This document shows, piece after piece, positions 10,543-19,502 of a DNA stretch of 64,000 bases. This DNA comes from Nitrospirota bacterium (lineage in GTDB: Bacteria; Nitrospirota; UBA9217). Both the position numbers and the translations under genes were made by a program. Where the stretch lies: positions 64,001 through 128,000 of the forward strand of contig CAWIYV010000004.1 in the NCBI GenBank assembly GCA_963840455.1, given 5' to 3'. Under the pieces are notes generated by a model. That model saw only the letters and a list, made by a program, of their open reading frames with translations. It was not told where the DNA came from and did no database searches. Position 1 is the stretch's first letter; each line of letters starts with the position of its first letter.

Positions 10543-10557
10543 GCATTAGTCATGCCA
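10543..10557 (-). promoter_or_regulatory. Candidate sigma54 (-24/-12) promoter
   Basis: Minus strand TGGCATGACTAATGC (GG-N10-GC spacing) in AT-rich DNA about 35 nt upstream of the DGC start. Confidence 0.55.
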
Positions 10558-10688
10558 AGTTAAATCACTGTATTTATAGATGGTTAGCTGTTTGACAGCC
10601 AAGGAACATGTGGCTAAAAGGCTAATATTCGGTAATTATTGTAATAGTAAAGGCTTAGAAGGCGGGGAGAGACAGGGCTGGGGAAATG

Positions 10689-11993
10689 CTATTTTCTGCT
10701 CGCTTCCATCAATGCCTGGACCGGCTTGAGACTGTACGGGCTTCCATGCTCGATTGCCGTTAGCACGGTGCCGCCGCCGGTGAAGAAATAGTAGCTTGCG
10801 TCATCCATGACGGACAAGTAGAGGCCGGGCAGGAGGTTCTTGAACTCCTGGAGGGTGTCGCCGCCGCCGTACATCTTCATGGCCTGCCGGTTCAGGTCGA
10901 TGGTATTGTCCAGCGCCTGAGAGCCTGCGGCAAAGTGGGGCGTATAGCCCATGACGGCATTGACGAAGATGGTCTTTGCCGTGCCGATGGCATCGGCAAC
11001 CGTCCTTTCCTCGAAGGACCGGGGGTCGATGTCCAGGACGTACCCGTAGGAATTTCCCGGTCGAAAATCCCTGACCGAGATGGTCCGGTAGTTCCCTTCG
11101 ATCCTTCTGTCCGGAACATCCGATTCGACGAGCAGGGGAAGCTCGACGATCTTGCCCGCATGACGGTCCTTTTCGACCAGTTCCTGGGCAAGTGCGCGGT
11201 CCTCGTCGCTCACGCCCTTGATGGTTACCTGATACTTGGCGCAGAGATAGGTATTGTAGATCACGCCGCCGAGCACCAGGCAATCCACCTTATCATAGAT
11301 CGCATTGAGGGGCTTGATCTTGGTGTCGTACTTCGAACCGGCGACAACGGCTAGGAATGGCCGCTCGGGGTTCATGACGCCTTCAAGGTGCATGATCTCC
11401 TGCTGGAGCAGGAAGCCCGCGCAGGAGGGAAGGTGCCGGGTGATGTTGTAGGTTGAGGCATGGGGCTGCCACGAGCCGAAGGCGTCGTTCACATAGACAT
11501 CGGCCAGGCCGGCAAGCTGGAGCGCAAAGCGCTCGCGGAGCTCGCCTTCAGCCTCTTCGCCCCGGAACCACCGCGTGTTCGGCAGATAGATCCCCCCGAT
11601 CTTCCGGTCGCGCAGGTCCCTGACGGCAAGGTTGATGGATGTGTCGATCCCGGCAATGCCCCGCTCGGGTTCAACGGGGAACGCCGGAACATGCAGCTTT
11701 GTATGGAGCTTCTGCTCGAGATAGCGTACGACCGGTTCAACGGATTCTTCCGGCCGGCAGACTATGGCCCCGGTCTTTTTGTCCTTCGGCCTGCCCACGT
11801 GCGTCATCATGATGGGTCTGCCGCCGCGCTCGACGATATGAAAGAGGGTCCCGACGGTGCGGTCGATGCGGAAAGGATCGCGTATCGCTCCCTCCTTCAC
11901 GACATTATGATCGAACCGGACCAGCACGACCTTGCCCTGCAGGTCGGTGTTCTGGATCAGCGGCAGGTCGGGATGCAACGATTTGATCGGCAT
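10689..11993 (-). CDS. pgk: Phosphoglycerate kinase (divergent type)
   Basis: VLVRFDHNV, THVGRP, YVNDAFGS, GGGDT and FTGGG motifs. Confidence 0.9.
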   Translation of the reverse strand: MPIKSLHPDLPLIQNTDLQGKVVLVRFDHNVVKEGAIRDPFRIDRTVGTLFHIVERGGRPIMMTHVGRPKDKKTGAIVCRPEESVEPVVRYLEQKLHTKLHVPAFPVEPERGIAGIDTSINLAVRDLRDRKIGGIYLPNTRWFRGEEAEGELRERFALQLAGLADVYVNDAFGSWQPHASTYNITRHLPSCAGFLLQQEIMHLEGVMNPERPFLAVVAGSKYDTKIKPLNAIYDKVDCLVLGGVIYNTYLCAKYQVTIKGVSDEDRALAQELVEKDRHAGKIVELPLLVESDVPDRRIEGNYRTISVRDFRPGNSYGYVLDIDPRSFEERTVADAIGTAKTIFVNAVMGYTPHFAAGSQALDNTIDLNRQAMKMYGGGDTLQEFKNLLPGLYLSVMDDASYYFFTGGGTVLTAIEHGSPYSLKPVQALMEASRK

Positions 11994-12233
11994 AGGGATT
12001 GATCCTTGTTTGCAGCGATCTTACGAAATCAGTATTGGCCCAATTATAGCACAGTGGCATTTCTCCCATCCCCCCGTGAAGTCGTACTGTGCGGCCCTAT
12101 CGACGAGCTATCGCGCGTTGCTTTTCTGTCCTCTTTATACCAACGATACTGATGCGCAGAGTCCTGTCCCCCGACGAAATCGCGGCTATCGAGCTCAGAT
12201 CGGAGTACCCTTCTCAACGATACCAAAGCCTTC

Positions 12234-12329
12234 CTATGCTCCGGCCACGATCACCGGGCAGGGCGCCTGGCGGATAACGTTCTCGATCACGTGATTGCCA
12301 AAGAGCTGGTTGAAGAATCTTCTCCTCAT
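12234..12329 (-). pseudogene. Universal stress protein C-terminal remnant (31 aa)
   Basis: MRRRFFNQLFGNHVIENVIRQAPCPVIVAGA*, closely matching the C-terminus of 21396..21818 (LFGDHVIENVIRRAPCPVFVVGA). Confidence 0.75.
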
Positions 12330-12409
12330 GTTTAGCGCCTTGATAGGCCGAATTTGCTTTGTGGATGCAAGAAAGAATGATGTCTCTTGTGAACTATCCC
12401 TGTCCTCGC

Positions 12410-13456
12410 TTACCTTGATTGCCGGTCCACCTCCTCATACACAAGAGCAGAAATGTCGCGCAGGGTCTTTGACAACATCCCGGGATCATCGCCCCGTACC
12501 ATGACGCCTACCAAATAGGGATGTACAGGATGATATACGATCCCGAATTCATGGTACTGTCTCGATCCTGTGGCAGCGTCATCTGCGGGATGGGAAAGCA
12601 TGCGTTCTCCATATTTGGCCACGACGTCTATGTCTGCAGGGACACCGGAGATGATCCCATCCTTGAATGTGGTCTTGGACAGATAACGGAGGGCCTTTTC
12701 GGACATGTCACTGCCGAGGTATGAGGCATTGAAGAGGACGCGAAAGAAAGAAGCATAGGCATTGAAGGTGATCGAGTCATCGTTCTTCGCGGGATCATAA
12801 TCAACGGAGATCTCCTTAAAGATCTTATCGAGACGGCCGGGAGGCAGATTGGCTTTCAACAACGCATAGGCACCGCTGTCATTGTAGGCGATCATCCGGT
12901 AAATGAGCGTGTCTATCTTATAGGACTTCCCCTCTTCAAAAAAATCACTTGTTGTTGGCTGATCCTGGAGAGCGGCGTTGTGATGGCCGGCATAGACGAT
13001 CTTTCTGTTCAGCAGCAGCGGGGTAGATTCCGTCCATTTGAGGTAGGCGATCATGAGCGGCAGCTTTAAGAGCGTGTCACTGGAGAACCGCTCCTGTTCC
13101 CGGATGCCGAACCGTTGGCCATAGAGGAGGTCGCGGAAATAGACCGATATCTCGGAGACTTCGCCTGATTTCTGCCTGCTGCCTGCCAGAGCGGCAACTT
13201 TGTATCGAAAAGGCTTTAGCTCTTTAGCCGCCCGGCCGCTTTCAGCCAGCTTCGCCTGTTCCGCACTTCGAATATACTTGTACTCACCATCCCCGTCGGC
13301 AAGAGAACCCTTGGCGCCTTCATGACGCGCGGAGCCGTATATTTCCATCCCCCTGTCGACATACACCCCGAAGCAAAAAGCCAGCGCAAGGAGAATCAGC
13401 AGCTGTGATCTGCCAAGGACAATGGTGCTTTTTTTATTCTTCATCGGGTCTGACAT
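12410..13456 (-). CDS. Membrane-anchored class A beta-lactamase-like serine hydrolase fold, catalytic motifs degenerate
   Basis: ISVYFRDL, TLLKLPLMIAY, MIAYNDS, VVAKYGE and HEFGIVY..PYLVGVM segments align by eye to Beta-lactamase2-type proteins. Confidence 0.75.
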   Translation of the reverse strand: MSDPMKNKKSTIVLGRSQLLILLALAFCFGVYVDRGMEIYGSARHEGAKGSLADGDGEYKYIRSAEQAKLAESGRAAKELKPFRYKVAALAGSRQKSGEVSEISVYFRDLLYGQRFGIREQERFSSDTLLKLPLMIAYLKWTESTPLLLNRKIVYAGHHNAALQDQPTTSDFFEEGKSYKIDTLIYRMIAYNDSGAYALLKANLPPGRLDKIFKEISVDYDPAKNDDSITFNAYASFFRVLFNASYLGSDMSEKALRYLSKTTFKDGIISGVPADIDVVAKYGERMLSHPADDAATGSRQYHEFGIVYHPVHPYLVGVMVRGDDPGMLSKTLRDISALVYEEVDRQSR

Positions 13457-13562
13457 GTCGTTCTGCTCTCAGTTCGGAAGCCGTGGCTTGCGCCTTTGGT
13501 CGCGCTGAGCCCGGATCACGGCAACGGTTGCCACAGGCCGATCTGTTCCCGATGATAACGCA

Positions 13563-13844
13563 CTAAGCCAATTCATGGACCGTGACCAGCGCAACAAGGG
13601 ACAGCAGAAAAAGACCGGCAAGAAATACCATATCGGCGATCCTCTCATAGCGATCAGAATCTTTCGCCGAGCGCATTGACGCATAGGACAGCACACTGGC
13701 GGCCAAAAATATAATGATCACCACGCCATCCAGCTTGTCGATGATCCGTTCTACGCCGCGGGCCCTCCAGAGCTTTTTTAGCGCAAAGATCACAAAGCAT
13801 AATCCGAGGAGATTTGCCGCCGTCGGCAGTATGTGTTTCGCCAT
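13563..13844 (-). CDS. Small three-TM hypothetical membrane protein
   Basis: MAKHILPTAANLLGLCF...; three hydrophobic stretches; directly follows the dikinase-like gene. Confidence 0.7.
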   Translation of the reverse strand: MAKHILPTAANLLGLCFVIFALKKLWRARGVERIIDKLDGVVIIIFLAASVLSYASMRSAKDSDRYERIADMVFLAGLFLLSLVALVTVHELA

Positions 13845-13873
13845 GTTCTTCCTGTCATTGCTGTTTGCCGGCA

Positions 13874-16471
13874 TCAGGGATCCCTCTTGACCGGCTCTTT
13901 CCCGTGCATTGACGGAACCTCGTACAGTTCGCTTAAGAAATTCGTTTTATAGCGTTCGATGGCGCCATCATCATGGAGCATCGCGTCCAGTTGCCGGGTA
14001 AAGGATATCAGCCTCCCGAGAACGTCGAGGCGCGCTTCCATCTCATCCCGGCCGATGTTCGCCAGCCGGGCAACGATCATGTCGCCCTTGAGCTTGATAT
14101 GGAATCCCTGCTCGTGCAGGACGGCAGCGATCAGCTGGAGCCTCCGGGACCGCTTGGTGATGTCGGTGGCGCCGCCTGCGAAACGGAAATAGAGGTGATT
14201 GTTCCGGGTCACCTCGCTGCAGAAAGCGTCGAGGATGATGTAATGATACCCGAACTTGAGGCTCAGGTTCATATAGTCCCGCGAGATCACGGCAACGCTC
14301 GCGGAGGCCTGCGGCGCGCCGTCGGTCACGATATCCGACGCCCGCAGCATGCTCGTCATGAAGTCATTGGCCCGGAGCGGCACCGACTCTGAACGCCAGA
14401 CGCCCGGATGGACCATGCCCCTGATCACCGCCCGGAGCGGCACCGACGTCACCTGGTCGGTGGTCACGTGGTCCCGTGGTGCGGCATTCTGCAGTCCCTC
14501 TCCGATGTCGATCAGAACGATCCCCGCGGGGATCGAAAGGTCCAGTTTGACGGTACGGTTCGATCGCCACCCCGCGCCTGCCTGATCGATCAGCTCGGCA
14601 ACGGACTTTTCATGGATGAACCGCAGGATGTCATGGAGCGTCCGGCACGCCTTCGGCGTAAAGTCGTCCCGCAAGGGATCGACCAGATTAAGGGGAACGA
14701 TGTACCTCAGCAGGTAACGCTTTTTTCGGTACTCGGACAGTTCCTCCATCCGAAGGGAACCGGCGTTCGCCCGGTCGAGGAGTTGATCCACGACACCGGG
14801 ATAGACGGTCACCTCATGTTCATCGATATGCACCGTGACCTGTTGTCCATGGACGAGGGTCCGGGTCATGTCACCGGTGTTGACCGCCGTCGGAAGCCTG
14901 AACTCGCGGCAGAGTGATGCCATGTGGCTTGTCAGGGCACCGGTGTCGGTGATGATCGCGGCGACATCGGCCATCACCCTCACGAACTGCGAAGCATCAT
15001 GCCGGGCAACCAGGATATCTCCCCGGGAGACCCGGTCAAGATCGGCCGGATTTCTGAGAATAAAGACCCTGCCGGTGGCTCCTCCCGGGTAAACGGCTAA
15101 ACCGTTCTTCCGGGCAATTGCCTGAACCTCTCTGTCCAAGGCCGCCCGATCAGGCTTTTTCCCTGCAGGTTCGGAGTCCCTGAGCGGTCGGGATTGCAGG
15201 ATAAAGACCTTTCCGTCGCCATCGATCGCCCATTCGATGTCCTGCGGTCTCCGGAAGTGCTGTTCGATCTTCACGGCCAGGCCGGCGATCCGGGCGACCT
15301 GCTCCGGCAACAGGCTGGGACGTGTCCGGACGTTCACGGGAACTGACAGGGTCGCGGTCCCGCCACCGCTTACCCGTACAGCCAGGGATTCCTTTGTGCC
15401 GATTTTTTGCTCCAGGATCTCGAAAGGGTCGCCTTTGCTCACCCGGAAGTAGTCCGAGTCCGTTCTGCCCTCGACGACCGATGTTCCCAGTCCCCATGTC
15501 GCGTTGATGACAACACTGTCGCTTGCTCCCCGCGGATCGCGGGAATAGGCGACGCCGCTCGCCGCCGCATCCACCATCACCATACAGGCGACGGCCATTT
15601 TCATGTCCGTTACCCCGTACCCGAGCCGCTGCTGATAGACCAGAGCGCTCGGTGCAAAGATGCTGGCGAGGACCTTCCGGTATGCTCGTTCGACGGCCGC
15701 GGTCTCGGACGGAACGTTCAGCACCGTCTCGAACTGTCCGGCAAACGAGAAGTCGCCATCCTCTTCTCCCGCACTGCTCCGGACCGCGATATAGCAGTCA
15801 CCGCGGCAGCGTTTTCTCAGCCTTCTGACCCCCCGCTCGATCGCACGGCTCAGCTCCGTCGGCATCTCCCCGTGCAGGATGAGCTCCCGTGCCTCCTGAT
15901 AGGCCCTACCGGCGTCCGGACCTCCGGTCAAACCTGAACGCTCCATGACCCGGTTGTGCAGCAGGTATGCTTCAGCAGCCTGTGTCGTGATGACGAATGA
16001 GGCTGGGACCGGCAACCCCAGCCTGTTTCCGAGCTCGGCGAGGTTCCTGGCCTTGCCGCCGACCGCTCCTGCCGCGCTGTCGTCAATATCCTCGGCAACA
16101 ACGACTAGGTCCTTCCTCTGCGGCGAAGCGCCGTCGATCGCGTACCTGATATTCTCATTGATCGACCGATAGACCGTTCGGAGCCGTGGATACCGGCCGG
16201 AGGTAAGCTCTTCGAAGCTCGTAAGCGACCCTTCCAGGGACGCGGAGAGTTCCCCGTAGGAGCGCCGGATATACTGGATATCAAAGAGGTAGTCGCCGCT
16301 CAGTATGTCGCCGATGTCCGTTATGATCTCAAGCGACCGGTTGTTGTTCTTCAGCACGTCGCGGAACTGCCGGAACAGCGCTTCAGGCGAGGTCCGTTTG
16401 CGGGGCCGGATCCCGAGGTGCCGTACAATTGTGGTGAGCCATCCCGCTGGTTTCTTCATGGCCGGTGTCAC
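13874..16471 (-). CDS. PEP synthase/pyruvate-water dikinase-like protein (ATP-grasp + His swivel + non-canonical C-terminus)
   Basis: VGGKARNL, AVRSSAGEED..FSFAGQF, ATWGLG, PQDIEWA..ILQSRP; phospho-His motif TGALTSHMASLCREF. Confidence 0.9.
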   Translation of the reverse strand: MTPAMKKPAGWLTTIVRHLGIRPRKRTSPEALFRQFRDVLKNNNRSLEIITDIGDILSGDYLFDIQYIRRSYGELSASLEGSLTSFEELTSGRYPRLRTVYRSINENIRYAIDGASPQRKDLVVVAEDIDDSAAGAVGGKARNLAELGNRLGLPVPASFVITTQAAEAYLLHNRVMERSGLTGGPDAGRAYQEARELILHGEMPTELSRAIERGVRRLRKRCRGDCYIAVRSSAGEEDGDFSFAGQFETVLNVPSETAAVERAYRKVLASIFAPSALVYQQRLGYGVTDMKMAVACMVMVDAAASGVAYSRDPRGASDSVVINATWGLGTSVVEGRTDSDYFRVSKGDPFEILEQKIGTKESLAVRVSGGGTATLSVPVNVRTRPSLLPEQVARIAGLAVKIEQHFRRPQDIEWAIDGDGKVFILQSRPLRDSEPAGKKPDRAALDREVQAIARKNGLAVYPGGATGRVFILRNPADLDRVSRGDILVARHDASQFVRVMADVAAIITDTGALTSHMASLCREFRLPTAVNTGDMTRTLVHGQQVTVHIDEHEVTVYPGVVDQLLDRANAGSLRMEELSEYRKKRYLLRYIVPLNLVDPLRDDFTPKACRTLHDILRFIHEKSVAELIDQAGAGWRSNRTVKLDLSIPAGIVLIDIGEGLQNAAPRDHVTTDQVTSVPLRAVIRGMVHPGVWRSESVPLRANDFMTSMLRASDIVTDGAPQASASVAVISRDYMNLSLKFGYHYIILDAFCSEVTRNNHLYFRFAGGATDITKRSRRLQLIAAVLHEQGFHIKLKGDMIVARLANIGRDEMEARLDVLGRLISFTRQLDAMLHDDGAIERYKTNFLSELYEVPSMHGKEPVKRDP

Positions 16472-16833
16472 TTTCCCAGTGCACGCCTGATGGATGCCTT
16501 GAGCTCATTGATCTTGACGGGTTTCGGAAAGAAGTCATGCACATCTCCCCGGAGCGCCTCGATCGCCGCATCAAGGTTCGCGAATGCGGTGATCATGATG
16601 ACCTTGGTCCCCGGATACTGCTTCTTCACGATGCGGAGGACCTCCATGCCGTCGATGCCCTTCATCTTGTAGTCGGTCACTACGACATCGAAGGACTGTT
16701 CCTTGAGCCGTGCCAGCGCCGCCTCTCCGTTCAGGAATGTCTCCACGACAAACCCGTCCGTTTCCAGTGACAGCTTGGCCATGTCGCCCACGATCTTCTC
16801 ATCATCAATGACCATGATCCTGTTCTTATTCAT
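16468..16833 (-). CDS. Single-domain response regulator
   Basis: IMVIDDE, VTDYKM..IDG, ITAF, FPKP motifs. Confidence 0.93.
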   Translation of the reverse strand: MNKNRIMVIDDEKIVGDMAKLSLETDGFVVETFLNGEAALARLKEQSFDVVVTDYKMKGIDGMEVLRIVKKQYPGTKVIMITAFANLDAAIEALRGDVHDFFPKPVKINELKASIRRALGK

Positions 16834-18238
16834 TGTGTTTGCCAGCTCCTTTCCAGATCGGCAGTTCTATCGTAAAGGTGGTGCCGACACCCACCTTGCT
16901 CTCCACCCGGATCTCGCCCCGGTGGTTCTTGATGATGCCATAGCTCACCGAGAGGCCGAGCCCGGTGCCCCCCTCCCCCTTGGTGCTGAAGAAGGGATCA
17001 AAGATATGCGGCAGAAACTCCGGCGATATGCCCTTGCCCGTGTCCATGACCGTGATCTCCACGGTGTCGCCCTGTCTTCCGGTCCTTGTTCCGATGTAGA
17101 GCTTCTCGCCGGATTTCATTGCCTGGACGGCGTTCGTGATGAGGTTCACGAAGACCTGTTGCATCTGGTGCTCGTCCGCGAACACATGGGGTATCCCCTC
17201 GGCGAGATGCAGTTTCGTCTCGATGTTCGCCACATCGATCATGTTCTGCACGAGCGTCAACGTCCTCTGGATGACCGCGTTGATGTCTGCCTCGCGGGGG
17301 TTCGAATCCTTGGGTTTGGAGAAATCCAGCAGGTTTTTCACGATCTTCTGGATCCGCACCGCCTCTGCCTCGACCTTGCCCATGAACTCGATCCGCTGCT
17401 TTTCGGTCAGCTTGCCGTACAGATCGGCATAGGTCTGTGCGATCATCGAGATGTTGTTCAGGGGATTTGTCAGTTCATGGGCAACGCCCGCCGTCAGAAC
17501 GCCGAGCGATGCGAGCTTCTTGGCCTGGATGAGCTGCTCTTCGCGGTGGCTGAGCTCCTCGGACATGGAATTGATGGCCGTGATGACGGCCCCGAGCTCA
17601 TCTTTTGACTGGAACCCCTCTATCTTGTTGAAGTTCCCCTCAGCGATCGACCTGGTCAGCTTCTCGATCTCACGAAGGGACCGCAGGATCTTCTGCGATA
17701 AGAAGTGCCCCATGAGCAGCGCCGATGCCAGGATCGCCCAGAATGAGAAGATCAGGATCCGCTTCGAGTTCAGGATGATGGTGTTGACGCGCTGCCGCTC
17801 GAGCTGGGTGATGGAGTCCGAAAATTCCTTCAACCGCTTTCCGGCGGCCCGCAGGTCCGTTTCCCGGTCCGCGTCCCACGACCGGGAACGGCGCAGCAAC
17901 ATCACGTGTCCTGCATAGACCTTCAGGTAGGACTCCAGTTTTCGCAGGTCCTGTTCTCCGATGGCTGGCACGATGTTCGGGCGTTCGTCGTCGATGGTCT
18001 TCCGTGCGAGGTCGATCTTCTCCCGGATCTCGTCAAGCGCCTTCTGGTCCCGGTACAGGAAGTAATTCTTCTCCGCGATCCGCATCTCCAGGAACGAAGC
18101 GTTCAGATCATCGGCGATCTCGACGAACCGGAGCTTGGTCAGCACGAGGTTCATGTTCTGAATGGCAAAGAACCCGATCAGGATGATGAACGCACCGTTC
18201 ATGACGTTCGATACTATGAGCTTGTTCTCGATCTTCAT
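16826..18238 (-). CDS. HAMP sensor histidine kinase (NtrB-like)
   Basis: AGVAHELTNPL H-box, NLITNA, DTGKGI, FDPFFSTK and GTGLGL motifs. Confidence 0.95.
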   Translation of the reverse strand: MKIENKLIVSNVMNGAFIILIGFFAIQNMNLVLTKLRFVEIADDLNASFLEMRIAEKNYFLYRDQKALDEIREKIDLARKTIDDERPNIVPAIGEQDLRKLESYLKVYAGHVMLLRRSRSWDADRETDLRAAGKRLKEFSDSITQLERQRVNTIILNSKRILIFSFWAILASALLMGHFLSQKILRSLREIEKLTRSIAEGNFNKIEGFQSKDELGAVITAINSMSEELSHREEQLIQAKKLASLGVLTAGVAHELTNPLNNISMIAQTYADLYGKLTEKQRIEFMGKVEAEAVRIQKIVKNLLDFSKPKDSNPREADINAVIQRTLTLVQNMIDVANIETKLHLAEGIPHVFADEHQMQQVFVNLITNAVQAMKSGEKLYIGTRTGRQGDTVEITVMDTGKGISPEFLPHIFDPFFSTKGEGGTGLGLSVSYGIIKNHRGEIRVESKVGVGTTFTIELPIWKGAGKHNE

Positions 18239-18253
18239 GGTTCGTGCTCCGCG

Positions 18254-19498
18254 TCACCGGAACGATGCCTGCTCCTCGTCCGGGTAGGCGATACCCCGCG
18301 GGACCTCGGCCTGCTCCTTCCTGACGGGCCAGTACCACCGCATCCCGTCCACGAGCATCAGGATGCCGGCGGCCATGAGCCAGAGATTTATGGAGGTGAG
18401 GAGGCCCAGTCCGAAATACGCCAGGCTGCCGATGCCGATGCCCAGCAGGGACGTCCCGGTGCGGATGAAGGCGAGTCCGGTCCTCGCCCGAGCATACACC
18501 GTGCGATAGCATGCGGCGATCGTCCGCTGCGCCGCCAGTACATTGCGCTCCCGGGCGAACATGGTCCGCGTCCTGCTCGTGGGCGACGGGCCTAAATAGG
18601 TGCTGTAGTCGGCCAGCAGGTCCCCCATCCGCGCGAGCATCGTCCCCTTCGTTTCCCGTCGCACTCCCGTGTCCTCCAGCGTGTGGTAGCTCTCCAGGAA
18701 CTGGATCGTGGCGGCCGTCACTTCCGTGAGCGTCTGGCTGCCCGGCGGCTTCATCCTCGATCTCCGCACCCGCCAGTAGCTCGGGAGGCCTGAGAGGGAA
18801 ATCACGACGCCGATGACCACGAGAGAGAAGTAGTGCAGGGGGCTGGCTGCCATGCTCTTCGATTGCAGCAGCGCGTTCGAAAGCGCGATCGTACCGAGGC
18901 CCCACCGCAGGAAGGCAAGACCGGTCCTGGCCTTGGCAAGGTCGGTCCGGTAACAGGCCATCCGCGTACGCCACTGCGCCATCGTGTTCCGCCAGAATGC
19001 CAGCCCCGTCCGCTCCGTTCCGATCAGGAGCCCCGGCCTGGCATGCAGGAAATCCTGGAGGTACCACTGGATGTCCGCATCGAGGGCGACGCGGAACTCA
19101 TAGCGCCCGTCCCCGAGCTGCTTCCGCACGTCCTCCTGCATCGCCCGGCTTCCCGGGTCCCTCGTTGCGATGACCACGGTCCCGGACGCCTCCTGTATGA
19201 CAGGCATCCACCGGTTCGTCGAAAGCGAGTCCACGCTGACCCTGACCAGCAGCCCGGGAGGGATGGGCAGGCGCTCATCATATTCTATGGAGGGACAGTC
19301 ATAGTACGCTGCAAGCGATTCAAGCAGCTGCGCCTTGGAGATGCCGTATTCCCGCTGCAACACCGATTCGAGCTCGATGCCCCTCGCCTGAGCCGCCTTC
19401 GCAGCCGCCTCCAGCCCCGCGCGGCTGATCATCCCCCGCTCGACGAGCAGTGCGAACTCTTCTTCGCTCTGCGTTGCCTGCGATTGGTCGTTGTGCAT
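18254..19498 (-). CDS. GspE-N/MshEN-like N-domain + two DUF202-like TM hairpin modules
   Basis: N-terminal LLVERGMIS..LEAA..LESVL..ISKAQLLESLA..VVIATRDP; two RTxxAxxRT...RTGLAF modules, each followed by two hydrophobic helices; ATG at 19498. Confidence 0.7.
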   Translation of the reverse strand: MHNDQSQATQSEEEFALLVERGMISRAGLEAAAKAAQARGIELESVLQREYGISKAQLLESLAAYYDCPSIEYDERLPIPPGLLVRVSVDSLSTNRWMPVIQEASGTVVIATRDPGSRAMQEDVRKQLGDGRYEFRVALDADIQWYLQDFLHARPGLLIGTERTGLAFWRNTMAQWRTRMACYRTDLAKARTGLAFLRWGLGTIALSNALLQSKSMAASPLHYFSLVVIGVVISLSGLPSYWRVRRSRMKPPGSQTLTEVTAATIQFLESYHTLEDTGVRRETKGTMLARMGDLLADYSTYLGPSPTSRTRTMFARERNVLAAQRTIAACYRTVYARARTGLAFIRTGTSLLGIGIGSLAYFGLGLLTSINLWLMAAGILMLVDGMRWYWPVRKEQAEVPRGIAYPDEEQASFR

Positions 19499-19502
19499 TA
19501 GG

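Noticed and set aside
12410-13456. Calling this a beta-lactam resistance gene
   Set aside because: The catalytic motifs are substituted.
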